NCBI GenBank assembly: GCA_963843845.1
Contig: CAWJMB010000002.1
Coordinates: 448,001-512,000, forward strand
DNA: 64,000 bases
Origin: an uncultured Gemmatimonadaceae bacterium
Lineage (GTDB): Bacteria > Gemmatimonadota > Gemmatimonadetes > Gemmatimonadales > Gemmatimonadaceae
Reading direction: 5' to 3'
Under the pieces are notes generated by a model. The model was given only the letters and a program-made list of their open reading frames with translations, ran no database searches and had not been told where the DNA came from. The position numbers were made by a program, and so were the translations under genes. Shown one piece after another: positions 8,537-19,021 of this stretch. Numbering within the stretch: the stretch's first letter is position 1; each line of letters starts with the position of its first letter.

Positions 8537-8580
8537 GCCTAACGCCTATTGTACAGCATCCGACGCAGTATATCGTCCAG
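8537..8580 (-). other. Candidate attI site
   Basis: Minus strand GATATACTGCGTCGGATGCTGTACAATAGGC-GTTAGGC: a core GTTAGGC at the head of the array with an AT-rich upstream segment and no attC partner arm. Confidence 0.55.
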
Positions 8581-8661
8581 CCGCAGCGGCGACGCCACGC
8601 CGCCGTGCGGCGCCGGCCCGATCGGCCGCGGACCGACCGGGCGAGCCCGCCGTCGCCCCGG

Positions 8662-9603
8662 TCAGTACACCCCGAGATCCCGCCCCACCGCGACCGCCCC
8701 CGCGAAGCGCCGCCGCACCTCGCCTAACAGTGCTGCGTCGTTCACGCCCGGCGGCAGCAGGTGCGACAGCACGAGCAGCTTCGCGCCGGCCCGCGCCGCG
8801 ATCGCCCCGACCGAATCCCCCGACGTGTGATAGCGCGTGTGATACGCCTTCCACGCCGGCGGCCGCTCCGCCAGACTCGCCGACGCGATGACTTCGTGCA
8901 CGAGCACGTCGCAGCCGCGGCACGCGCGCACGACCGCCTCGCTCGGTCCCGTGTCGCCGGAGATCACGATCGAGCGGTCTGGCGTGTCGAAGCGGTACCC
9001 GTACGCGTGCGTCCACGCGCCGTGCGGCACCGCGAACGCCGTCACGGCGACGAGCGCGTCGCGGTAGACGACGCCGGGCGCGACGTCGTGCGCCCGCGCG
9101 CCGTGCCCGGTCGCGTTCGACGGCTCGCCGCCGTGCAGCCGCACGTCGACGTCCTCGGCGTACGCGGCCGCGAGATGGCGGACCATCGCCGACGTGCCGG
9201 GCGGGCCGTAGACGGCGAGCGGCGTCGTCCGGCCCAACGTCCACGGCGTGTACATGAGGTCCGGCAGGCCGAGCGTGTGGTCCGAGTGCAGATGCGTGAG
9301 GAAGACGACGCCGAGTCGCGCCGCGGCGAGCGCGGGGGCCGAGTCGATCGCGCTCGCGGCGGCGGCGCGGCGAACGACCCCGGCGCCCGCGTCGACGAGA
9401 TAGGCGACGCCGTCGACGACGATCGCCGTGGAAGGGCCGGCGCGGTCGGGGTCGGCGTTCGGCGTGCCGGTGCCGAGGAGGATGACGCGCGTGCGGGGCG
9501 CAGCGCTCGGCACGGCGCGGACGCGCGACGCGTTCGTCATGGCGAGCGTCGCGACGGCGATCGTCGCGAGCGTCGGTGCGGAGAGTGCGCGGAGCAGGTT
9601 CAT
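8662..9603 (-). CDS. MBL-fold metallo-hydrolase (RNase Z/AtsA-like), signal peptide
   Basis: LLGTGTP, VDAGAG, FLTHLHSDH, ISGDT, DVLVHE, YHT, LSH motifs. Confidence 0.9.
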   Translation of the reverse strand: MNLLRALSAPTLATIAVATLAMTNASRVRAVPSAAPRTRVILLGTGTPNADPDRAGPSTAIVVDGVAYLVDAGAGVVRRAAAASAIDSAPALAAARLGVVFLTHLHSDHTLGLPDLMYTPWTLGRTTPLAVYGPPGTSAMVRHLAAAYAEDVDVRLHGGEPSNATGHGARAHDVAPGVVYRDALVAVTAFAVPHGAWTHAYGYRFDTPDRSIVISGDTGPSEAVVRACRGCDVLVHEVIASASLAERPPAWKAYHTRYHTSGDSVGAIAARAGAKLLVLSHLLPPGVNDAALLGEVRRRFAGAVAVGRDLGVY

Positions 9604-9737
9604 GCGATAGCGTATCCCTCCACGCGAGCGCGCACCACGGGACACCGCAGACGCGGCGGGCGAGCCGGCGTGCGCGCCGCACGCGTGAGACACGACACCG
9701 ACCCTCTGTCCCGCAGACCCCTTCCCCGACTCCCGCC

Positions 9738-10655
9738 ATGAAGCACATCCTCGCCCTCCTCGCCACCACGTCCATCGCGACGGCCGCGCTCGGGCAGACC
9801 GCGCCGGCCGCCGGCGCCGCGAGCCAGAACCGGGGCGGCGGCACCTGCGCGCAGAACCCCTACAACTGCGCCGACGCCGCCAACCCGCTCCCGGCACCGA
9901 ACACGGTGTGGATCGAGGAGATGACGTGGATGGACGTGCGCGACGCGCTCGCGGCGGGGAAGACGACGGCGATCATCGCCACGGGCGGCATGGAGCCGAA
10001 CGGGCCGTGGCTCGTCACCGGGAAGCACAACTACGTGCTGCACACGAACTGCGAGGCGATCGCGCGCAAGCTCGGCAACGCGCTCTGCGCGCCGATCGTG
10101 AAGTTCGTGCCCGAGGGAGACATCGAGCGGCAGACCGGGCACATGGCGAGCGCCGGCACGATCTCGGCGCGCGAAGGCACGTTCCGCGCGCTGCTCACCG
10201 ACATCGTGCACTCGCTCAAGATGCACGGCTTCGAGACGATCATCCTCATCGGCGACAGCGGCGGCAACCAGGGCGGGCAGCGCGCGGTGGCCGACTCGCT
10301 CACGGCGCTGTGGAAAGGCGACCCGATCGTCGCCCACGTGCAGGAGTACTACGACTACGCGAGCGTCGCGAAGTACATGACCGAGCACGGCATCGTCGAC
10401 GGCGCGTCGGACAACCTGCACGACGACGCGATCATCACGCTGAACATGTTCCTCGACGACCCGCGCTCGGTGCGCTACGACGAGCGCGTCAGGGCGGGGA
10501 AGGCGTCGATCAACGGGGTCTCGGTCGCCGACCGGAAGAAGAACACGGCGCTCGCGAAGCAGATCGTCGAGTACCGCGCGGCGACGACGGTGGAGGCGAT
10601 CCGCAAGGCGATCGCGAACGGGGGCACGCTGCCGGCGCCGGCCCGGCAGCGCTAA
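9738..10655 (+). CDS. Creatininase-family amidohydrolase, secreted
   Basis: WIEEMTWMDVRDA...GGMEPNGP...GKHN...IGDSGGNQ. Confidence 0.88.
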   Translation: MKHILALLATTSIATAALGQTAPAAGAASQNRGGGTCAQNPYNCADAANPLPAPNTVWIEEMTWMDVRDALAAGKTTAIIATGGMEPNGPWLVTGKHNYVLHTNCEAIARKLGNALCAPIVKFVPEGDIERQTGHMASAGTISAREGTFRALLTDIVHSLKMHGFETIILIGDSGGNQGGQRAVADSLTALWKGDPIVAHVQEYYDYASVAKYMTEHGIVDGASDNLHDDAIITLNMFLDDPRSVRYDERVRAGKASINGVSVADRKKNTALAKQIVEYRAATTVEAIRKAIANGGTLPAPARQR

Positions 10656-13042
10656 CGACCGCCCAGCAGATCCGCCATGATCCACAGCCACCGGCTCGCC
10701 GAGTGGACCCAGACTTCCTTGTAGACATACATGTTCTGCCCGGACCAGTAGGGCAGGTCCGTGTCGCCGCGGCTCTGCATCCCGACCGGGAGCGAGCCGA
10801 CGAAGTCGCCCGACGAGACGCTGTACTGCTGCGACCAGTCGTAGCCCTCGCCGTACATCGTGCTCTGCGCGAACGGGTTGCGGCCGACGACCCACTGCGC
10901 CTGGGCCTGCGCGAGCGCCGTGAGCGCGCTGTCGCCGCGCAGGCGGGCGGCGGTCGACAGCGCCTTCGCCTGCGACAGCAGCACGCCGTAGTTGCCGCGC
11001 CGCGCGAACCAGACGGGGAACGCGCGCAGGTGCCAGCCGTCGCCTAACGGAACGCCGGCCCGCACCTGCGCCTCGTACGACTCGCGCGTCGCGCCGTGCA
11101 GCGCGCCCGAGTCGGGGACTTCGCGCGCGCCGTCCCCCTCGCGATAGACGTACGCCGGCAGCACCCCCCACGGCGCCGTCGTCGTCGCGCTCCGCGCCTG
11201 GTACTCGGCGTAGCGCGCGACCGCGGTCTCCCAGCTCTTACGGTCGGCGTGGGCCGGGAACGTCTCGATCAGCTGCGCCAGCGCGACGATCGGCGCCTGG
11301 TCGTTGCCGCGGTGGAACTGGTGGAACAGCGTGTCGCGCGCCGGGCCGGTCCAGAAGAAGCCGCCTAACGGAAACGCCGACCCGACGGCGCGCGGCTGCT
11401 GCGACGCGACGACGACACGGGCGAGCGAGGCGGCGGTGTCGGCGTAGCGCCGCTCGCCGGTCGCGCGGTACAGCTCGACCGAGGCCGTGACGCCGATCGA
11501 CGCGAGCTCCATCTGCGTCGCCGCGAACGCCGGCGTGTGCCGCGTCGCCGCGCTCTCGACGCCGCGGATCGCGTGCTCCCAGTCGGCGATGGACACCGCG
11601 AGGCTCCGCCTCGCTCGTTCGGGGTCGCGCGCCTTCAGCACGCGGTACGCGATCGCTTCCGCGGCGGCCGCGATGTAGCTCGCGTTCGGGTTGACCTTCG
11701 CCTCGACCGTGCGGTCGTCCGCCGTGCCGACGACGTTGTCGGTCCACAGGTTGTGGCTGCCGAACGCGACGCGCGCGCCGTCGGGGAAGCGCACGCGCGT
11801 CGTCCAGTCGAGCCCCCACGCCGCTTCTTCGAGCAGCCGCTCGATCAGCGCCGGGTCGCCGCGCGTCGCCTCGAGCCGCTCGACGAGGGCGTACATCGAG
11901 TACACGGCCTCGCCGGTGTTGATCACGCCCTGCGACAGGTCGCCCGCGTCGTGCCATCCTCCGCTCATCGTCACCCGCTGATCGCCGCGCGTCGCGAACC
12001 AGTCGAGGTGGTCGACGTCGTGCGATCCGGGGACGCCGTAGCCGCACCGATTGCCGTAGAAGAAGTTCAGCGTCTTCCACACGGTCTCGCTCCACACGTC
12101 GCGGCCGATGCGGAACGGACGCGTGCGCACGTCGCCGGCCTGCAGCACGTAGTCGCCCGGCGCGGTGACGCGCGTGAAGTCGAGCTCCTGGAACGTGCCG
12201 AGGCGAGTCGTCCGGGTGCGCACCGAGTCGCGCAGCACGACGGTGCCCAACGCGTCGTCGCTCACGCGCACGAGCTGGAACGTCGACGCGGTGAGGCCGC
12301 TGGCGAGCGCGGTCTTCGTGCTGCCCGCCTCGTAGCCGGTGTGGCTGAAGGCGAGCTTCCCGGGCGCGACGTTCCACCCGGTGTGATGATCGGGGTCGAC
12401 GCGCTGCAGCTCGACGCGGCCGATCTCGAACGCGACGCGGTCGCCGGGCGCGGCGAGCATCTTGTTCGCCCAGTAGCCGATGTCGATGCCGGTGACGCGG
12501 TCGCGCGCGAACTGGTCGATCTCCCACACGACCTGCTGCCAGCCGTCGTGCTCGAGGGTGACGAGGTGGATCCCCTCGCGCCCGTAGCGGTCCGGCACCT
12601 TCTCGGCGCCGTCGTTGTGCAGCACGAGCTGCAACGGCACCGTCGGGAAGCCGACCGCGTCGAGCCGGATCCACATCGACAGCCGGGTGAACTCGCGCCA
12701 GTCTTCGTTCGCGACCGCGCGGCGGAGGTTCACCGTCGGCAGCCGGTTGCGCCCTGCCGTCGGCGGCTCGGTGAACAGCGTCATCTCGACGCGCGCCGCC
12801 CGCAGATCGCCGAGCCTCGGCTCGGTCGGAAACGTCAGGCGGCCGTCGCCGGTGAAGCGCCACGTCGACGGCCGCGTCATGTCGTCGAGCACGCGGCTCG
12901 CGCGCACCGTCTTGGCGAGCCACGCGTACTCGGCCGATCGCGTGTGGTCGATCGGGAGCAGCGATCGCGGCGCCTGGCCGCGTGCCGCGCCCGCCGTCGA
13001 GATGCAGAGAGCCGCCGTCGTCAGCCGTCGGATGGTGCGCAT
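10652..13042 (-). CDS. Glycoside hydrolase family 9-like protein with N-terminal extra domain
   Basis: Signal peptide; FSHTGY Ig-like region, LNFFYGNRCG, GGWHDAGD, WVVGRNPF. Confidence 0.8.
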   Translation of the reverse strand: MRTIRRLTTAALCISTAGAARGQAPRSLLPIDHTRSAEYAWLAKTVRASRVLDDMTRPSTWRFTGDGRLTFPTEPRLGDLRAARVEMTLFTEPPTAGRNRLPTVNLRRAVANEDWREFTRLSMWIRLDAVGFPTVPLQLVLHNDGAEKVPDRYGREGIHLVTLEHDGWQQVVWEIDQFARDRVTGIDIGYWANKMLAAPGDRVAFEIGRVELQRVDPDHHTGWNVAPGKLAFSHTGYEAGSTKTALASGLTASTFQLVRVSDDALGTVVLRDSVRTRTTRLGTFQELDFTRVTAPGDYVLQAGDVRTRPFRIGRDVWSETVWKTLNFFYGNRCGYGVPGSHDVDHLDWFATRGDQRVTMSGGWHDAGDLSQGVINTGEAVYSMYALVERLEATRGDPALIERLLEEAAWGLDWTTRVRFPDGARVAFGSHNLWTDNVVGTADDRTVEAKVNPNASYIAAAAEAIAYRVLKARDPERARRSLAVSIADWEHAIRGVESAATRHTPAFAATQMELASIGVTASVELYRATGERRYADTAASLARVVVASQQPRAVGSAFPLGGFFWTGPARDTLFHQFHRGNDQAPIVALAQLIETFPAHADRKSWETAVARYAEYQARSATTTAPWGVLPAYVYREGDGAREVPDSGALHGATRESYEAQVRAGVPLGDGWHLRAFPVWFARRGNYGVLLSQAKALSTAARLRGDSALTALAQAQAQWVVGRNPFAQSTMYGEGYDWSQQYSVSSGDFVGSLPVGMQSRGDTDLPYWSGQNMYVYKEVWVHSASRWLWIMADLLGGR

Positions 13043-13187
13043 GACCGACACGATACGGCGGCGGACGTCACTCCCGCCACAGGGCGTCGCGGAGGTCGCG
13101 GCGTCCCCTCCACAGGCGGCGCGCGCCGCATAGTTTCTCGACGAGACGAGTATCTCGCTCGCGACCTGTCGCTCCAGAGGAGTTCGC

Positions 13188-16100
13188 ATGACGCCCGTAC
13201 CCGACCTGGCCCACGCGCGCCGCACGTCCCACGCCCACCACACGCGCCGCGCGCTCGCCGGCACGCTCACTCTCATCGCGGCCGCCGTGCCGTTGGGCGC
13301 GCAGGCCCCCGGTGCGACACGGGCGGCGCCCGCCGCCCCCACGGTCGCCGCGACGTTCGACTCGGCCGCGTTCGGCGCGCTCAAGTGGCGTGAGCTCGGC
13401 CCCGCGCGCGGCGGGCGGTCGGTCGCCGTCGGCGGGAGCGTGCAGCGGCCGAACGAGTACTGGATGGGCACGACCGGCGGCGGCGTGTTCAAGTCGACCG
13501 ACGGCGGGCTCAACTGGGAGCCGATGTCCGACAAGTACTTCGGCGGCACGATCGGCGCGATCGCCGTCGACCCGCTGAACCCGGACGTCGTGTACGTCGG
13601 CGGCGGCGAGACCGACATCCGCGGCAACACGGCGCCCGGCGACGGCTCGTGGAAGACGAGCGACGGTGGCAAGACGTGGACGAAGCTCGGCTTCGACAAG
13701 GACTACGTGTCGACGATCCGCGTGAACCCGACGAACTCGCAGATCGTCTACTTCGGCGTGTTCGGCCGCGTGTTCGCGTCGAGCGCCGACCGCGGCGTCT
13801 ACAAGTCGACCGACGGCGGGCGCACGATGCGCAAGGTCCTGTTCGTCGACGATTCGACCGGCGCGATCGACATCGCCATGGACCCGTCGAACCCCGACGT
13901 CCTCTACGCGGCGATGTGGCAGGCCTACCGCACGTCGTGGTCGATGTCGAGCGGCGGGCCGGGCTCGGCGATCTACAAGAGCACGGACGGCGGCGCGACG
14001 TGGACGAACCTGATGAAGACCGCGCGCGGGCTGCCGACCGGCATCATCGGGAAGATGGGCGTGACCGTGTCGCCCGCGAAGCCGAGCCGAGTGTGGGCGC
14101 TCATCGAGCACGACTCGGGCGGCATGTACCGCTCGGACGACGCGGGCGCGACGTGGTCGTACATCAACCGCGACCGCAAGCTGCGGCAGCGCGCGTGGTA
14201 CTACTCGATGATCCTCGCCGACCCGCGCGACACGAACATCGTCTACGCGCTGAACGTCGGCTTCTTCCGGTCGCGCGACGGCGGGCGGACGTTCCCCGAG
14301 TCGCTCAACCCGCCGCACGGCGACAACCACGACCTGTGGATCGCACCGAACGATCCCACGCGGATGGCCGAGGCGAACGACGGCGGCGTGACGGTGTCGA
14401 CGAACCGCGGTGCGACGTGGACGGACGTCGATTTCCCGACGGCGCAGTTCTATCACGTCACGACGACGAACGAGTTCCCGTACCACGTCTGCGGCGCGCA
14501 GCAGGACAACTCGACGCTGTGCGGCCCGAGCCGGAAGCCGGGCGGGGTGCAGCTGTCCGACTGGTACGACGTCGGCGGCGGCGAGAGCGGCTACATCGCG
14601 ACGCACCCGACGCGGCCGGACATCGCGTTCGCCGGCAGCTACGGCGGGCTGCTGACGCGCAAGGATCGCAGGACCGGCTTCGAGCGCAACGTGACGGTCT
14701 ACCCCGACAACCCGATGGGGATCTCGTCGGAGGACCTCAAGGTCCGCTTTCAGTGGACGTATCCGATCGTGTTCTCGCGCCACGATCCGAACGTGCTGTA
14801 CGCGGGCGGCAACTTCCTCTACCGCTCGACGAACGAGGGGCAGAGCTGGACGCGCGTCTCGCCCGACCTGTCGCGTCACGACCCGCGCACGATGGGACCG
14901 TCGGGCGGTCCGATCACGACGTGACCAGACGGGCGTCGAGACGTACGGCGTCATCTTCACCTTCGACGAGTCGCCGCGGCAGCGCGGGCTGCTCTGGGCG
15001 GGCACCGACGACGGCTACGTCTGGGTGTCGCGCACCAACGGCGTGACCTGGAAGAACGTGACGCCGAAGGACATCGGCGACTTCACGCGCATCTCGATCG
15101 TCGAGCCGTCGCCGTTCGACGCGTGCGGCGCCTACGTCGCGGCGAACCGGTATCAGCTCGACGACGAGCGCCCGATCCTGTACAAGACCACCGACTGCGG
15201 CGCGACGTGGACGAAGATCGTCAGCGGCATCCCGGCCGACGAGTTCACGCGCGTCATCCGCGCCGATCCCGTTCGGCGCGGGCTGCTCTTCGCCGGCACC
15301 GAGCGCGGCGTGTGGGTGTCGTTCGACGACGGCGGGAGCTGGCAGACGCTGCGCCGCAACCTGCCGCGCGTGCCGGTGCACGACCTCACCATCAAGGAAG
15401 GCGATCTCATCGCCGCCACCCACGGCCGCTCGTTCTGGCTCATCGACGACCTCTCGGCCATCCGGCAGATGACGCCGATCACGGTCGCGAAGAACCACCT
15501 GTACAAGCCGCGCGACACCTACCGCACGGACTTCGGCGGCGGCTTCGGCGGTGGGGGCGGGGCGAGCAACGCGCCGCCGTCCGGGGTGATGGTGCAGTAC
15601 AACCTCACGCGCCCCGGCCAGACGGTGACGCTCGAGTTCATGGACGTGTTGGGCAAGACCATCCGCTCGTTCACGAGCGAGCAGGACCCGGCCGTCGCAG
15701 CTGACAGCGCGAGCCGCGAGACGCGCATCGCGACGTTCATGCGCTCCGGCATCTCGCGCGACTCGGCGACGCGGCTGTCGCGCGTGCCGCAGCCGGGCGG
15801 GCCGGACGCGGGGCAGATCGACCTCGAGGCGCGCATGGCGCAGGGACCGCTGCCGCCGCGGGTGCCGAACGCCGCCGGGCTCAACACCTTCTCGTGGAAC
15901 CTGCGCTATCCGGACGCCGAGCGGTTCGCGGGGCTCATCATGTGGGCCGCGAGCACGAGCGGCCCCATCGCGCCGCCGGGGACGTACTCGGTCCGCATGC
16001 GCGTGAACGGCGACGAGGCGCAGACGCAGACGTTCGTCGTCAAGAAGGACCCGCGCTCCGAGGCGACGCTCGCCGACCTCACGACGCAGTTCCGGCTGCT

Positions 16101-16599
16101 CGTCAAGATTCGCGACCGCTTGACGGCGGCGAACAACGGCGTCAAGACCGTGCGCAACCTGCGCTGGCAGACGAAGGACCGCGGGACGGCGATGCAGGGG
16201 CGCTCGCAGGAAGCCGAGTTCAAGGCCGCGGCCGAGGAGCTGATGCGGCGCGTCACGGCGGCCGAGGAGGCGATCTACCAGACGAAGAACCAGAGCAACC
16301 AGGACCCGCTGAACTACCCGATCCGGCTGAACAACAAGATCGCCGCGCTCGCCGGCGTCGTCGGCAGCACGGAGGCGCGCCCGACCGATCAGAGCGTCGA
16401 GGTGTTCACCACGCTCGACACGGCGCTGGGCGTCGAGCTGAAGCGCATCGAGGACGCGATCAGGGAGCTGCTGCCGAAGGTCAATGCCGCGCTGCGCGCG
16501 GCCGGCGTGCAGCCGATCGTGCCGTCGACGCAGGAGACGAAGCCGGGCACGCGCCCGGCGGCGGCGATGAACGACGACGTGCTGACGACCGGGAAGTGA
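13188..16599 (+). CDS. BNR/VPS10 (sortilin-like) repeat beta-propeller putative glycosyl hydrolase; frameshift near 14918
   Basis: LKWRELGPARGGRS, repeated S-x-D-G-G-x-T-W Asp boxes, ATHGRSFW, C-terminal QDPLNYPIRLNNK. Confidence 0.88.
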
Positions 16600-16625
16600 C
16601 GCGCCCGACGGTGACGGCCGGGGCC

Positions 16626-18791
16626 TCAGCGCACGCGCCCCACCGACAGCGACACGGTGACGGCACGCGGCATCCCCGGCTCGTATGCAGCCGGGGCGCC
16701 GCTCACGAGGTCCGGGTTCAGGAACGCCGAGCCGATGTAGCGGCGGTCCGTGACGTTGCGCAGCGAGACGAAGCCGCGCACGCCGAAGCCGTTCGTCGCG
16801 ACGATCGGGCGGCGCAGCTCGGCCGTCAGGTTGAGCAAGGTGTACGACGGGACGCGCACCGCGTTCGCGTCGTCCGCGTAGTACATCGCCGAAGTACTCG
16901 CACGCCCGCCTTGAGTCGTAGCGGCGTGCCCGGTACCGCGGCACCGACCTCGACGTCGCCGAACGCGCGCGGCAGCCCGACGACGCGGTTGTCGCTGTAG
17001 TCGGCGATCGCGGCCGCGCCTTGGTCGCGTCGGTCGGGAAGATGACCGCCGAGTCGACGACGTAGTGCAGATACTTGTTGTCGCCGACCGTCAGCGCGCC
17101 GCGCATGAACAGCCCGTTGCGCGCCTCGAGCGACGCGCCCAGCTCGGCGCCCATGCGGCGCGAGCGGCCGGCCGTCAGGTAGTAGCGCCCGCCGTTGTAC
17201 GGAATGACGTCGTTCGTGACCTCGATGTCGTAGAGCGCGAGGTCATAGCCGAACGCGAGCGGCTTCGTGATCGTCGACCCGGCGAGCGACTTGAAGCCGA
17301 CCTCGTACGTCGTCGAGCGGATCGGGTCGAGCAGCGGGTTGAGCAGCGACGGCGGCGCGCCCGGCGTCGGGTCGGTCTCGTTGCCGGCCGGCACCTCGAT
17401 GCCGCCGCCGACGTTCGCGTAGACGGCGTGCGAGTCGCTGAAGCGCCAGTTCACGCCGAGCTTCGGCGACACACGCGACAGGTCGCGGCTGATCGGAGCG
17501 CACCGGCGGATTCGGCAGGAAGCTGCGGTAATTGTAGGTGACCTGGTCGTAGCGGGCGCCCAGGAGCAGCGTCAGCCGGTCGGTCACCGTCAGCTCGTCC
17601 TGCAGGAAGACGCCGAAGTTGTTCGCCCCCTCCCCCTTGTTGTCGGAGAGCGTCGTGCCGCGCCCCGCCGTCGAGGACAGCGTGTAGAACAGGATCGCGC
17701 CGTCCTGGTAGGCGTCGTCGATCCCCAGCGTGACGCGCGACTTCGTGTCGCCGAGCGTCACGTCCTTGCGCGCGACGACGTTGCCGCCGAGGTGGTAGCG
17801 CGTGAAGTCGCGGTACGTGTTGCGCTCGGAGCGCTGGAGGTACTTCGGGTTCACGTAGAGCATCGTCGACACCGACGTCGTCGAGTCGATCGCGTGCTCC
17901 GCGAACACGCCGAGTCGGCCGCCGCGATTGTAGCGGCGCTCGTCGCGCGCCAGATACGTCGCGTTCGCCTGGTCCGGGTTCGCGTCGACCTGCGCCTGCG
18001 TGAGCGGCCCCGGCACGTGCATCAGGTTGTTCGCGGCCGTGAAGGTGAAGCCGAGCCGCGTGCGTCCGAGCGTGCCGACCACACCCCCGTTCACCAGGGC
18101 GCGCCGCGCCGACGAGTGCTGGCGCCACCCCTCGAACGAGGTGTTGGTGAAGTTCGCGTAGGCCACGCCGGCACCGTTGCCTAACGGCGTGGAGGTGCGC
18201 GCCGCGTAACGCTGCAGCCCGAACGCGCCGACCATCGGCTGCAGCTCGAAGGTCTTCGGCGCGTCGAACGACGGCACGGTGATGACGTTCACGACGCCGC
18301 CCGCCGCGTTTCCCCAGACCGCCGACGCGTTCGAGCGCACGACCTCGACCGCCTCGGCCGTCGAGAGGTCGATCTGGTCGAGCGCGGTGCGGCCGTCGGG
18401 CTCGGTCTCCGTGAAGCCGTCGAGCAGGATGCGGACGCCGCGCGACGTCCCCGAGTTCGAGCGGTCGCCGGCGCCGCGCGCGCCGTAGCCGCGGATCATG
18501 AGTCGGATGTCACTCGTGCCGTAGCGCGACTGCGCGATCGACGCCCGGCACCTTGCGCAGCGCCTCGTCGATGCCGAACCCGCTCACGTTGCGCAGCTCG
18601 GTCGCCATGATCTTCGTGATGGCGAGCGGCGTGGCGAGGATCGACGACACGCTGCGTGTGGCCGTGACCGTGACCGCCGGGAGCGCCGACGTGTCGCGGT
18701 TCGCGGGACGGCCGGTGGCGTCCTGGCCCTGCAGCTCGGCCGTCGCGGCGGCCGAAGCGAGGGCGGTGAGTCCGAGCAGGGAGGCGCGCAT
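16626..18791 (-). CDS. TonB-dependent receptor (several frameshifts)
   Basis: Signal peptide, VTVTATR TonB box region, IRGYGARG, EVVRSNASAVWGNAAGGVVN, C-terminal YEPGMPRAVTVSL. Confidence 0.85.
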
Positions 18792-18939
18792 GAACCAGGG
18801 ATGGGGGCGGGACGGCGACCGGAGACCACAGACTTGTACCGTGTGGCTACCGACGAGGGTAACGGAACGTTGACCGAGCGCGCGGTCGGGTCGGTGCTCG
18901 AGGCCGGTCGCGGCGGCGGCGGCGCGCACGACGTGAACG

Positions 18940-18984
18940 CGAATCGGCGCGATCCGGGCCGAAGCCACGGATCGCGCCGATTCG
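18940..18984. terminator. Strong hairpin, probable terminator after the LVIVD gene
   Basis: 17-bp perfect stem CGAATCGGCGCGATCCG/CGGATCGCGCCGATTCG with a cUUCGg loop on the minus strand; T-run follows on the plus strand. Confidence 0.7.
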
Positions 18985-19021
18985 ACGGCTGACTCTTTTT
19001 CCTTCTGTCAAAACATCACGA

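Noticed and set aside
14915..14930. TGA readthrough or two separate genes at 14922
   Set aside because: The protein continues in another frame (RDQTGVETYG), consistent with a single-base indel.
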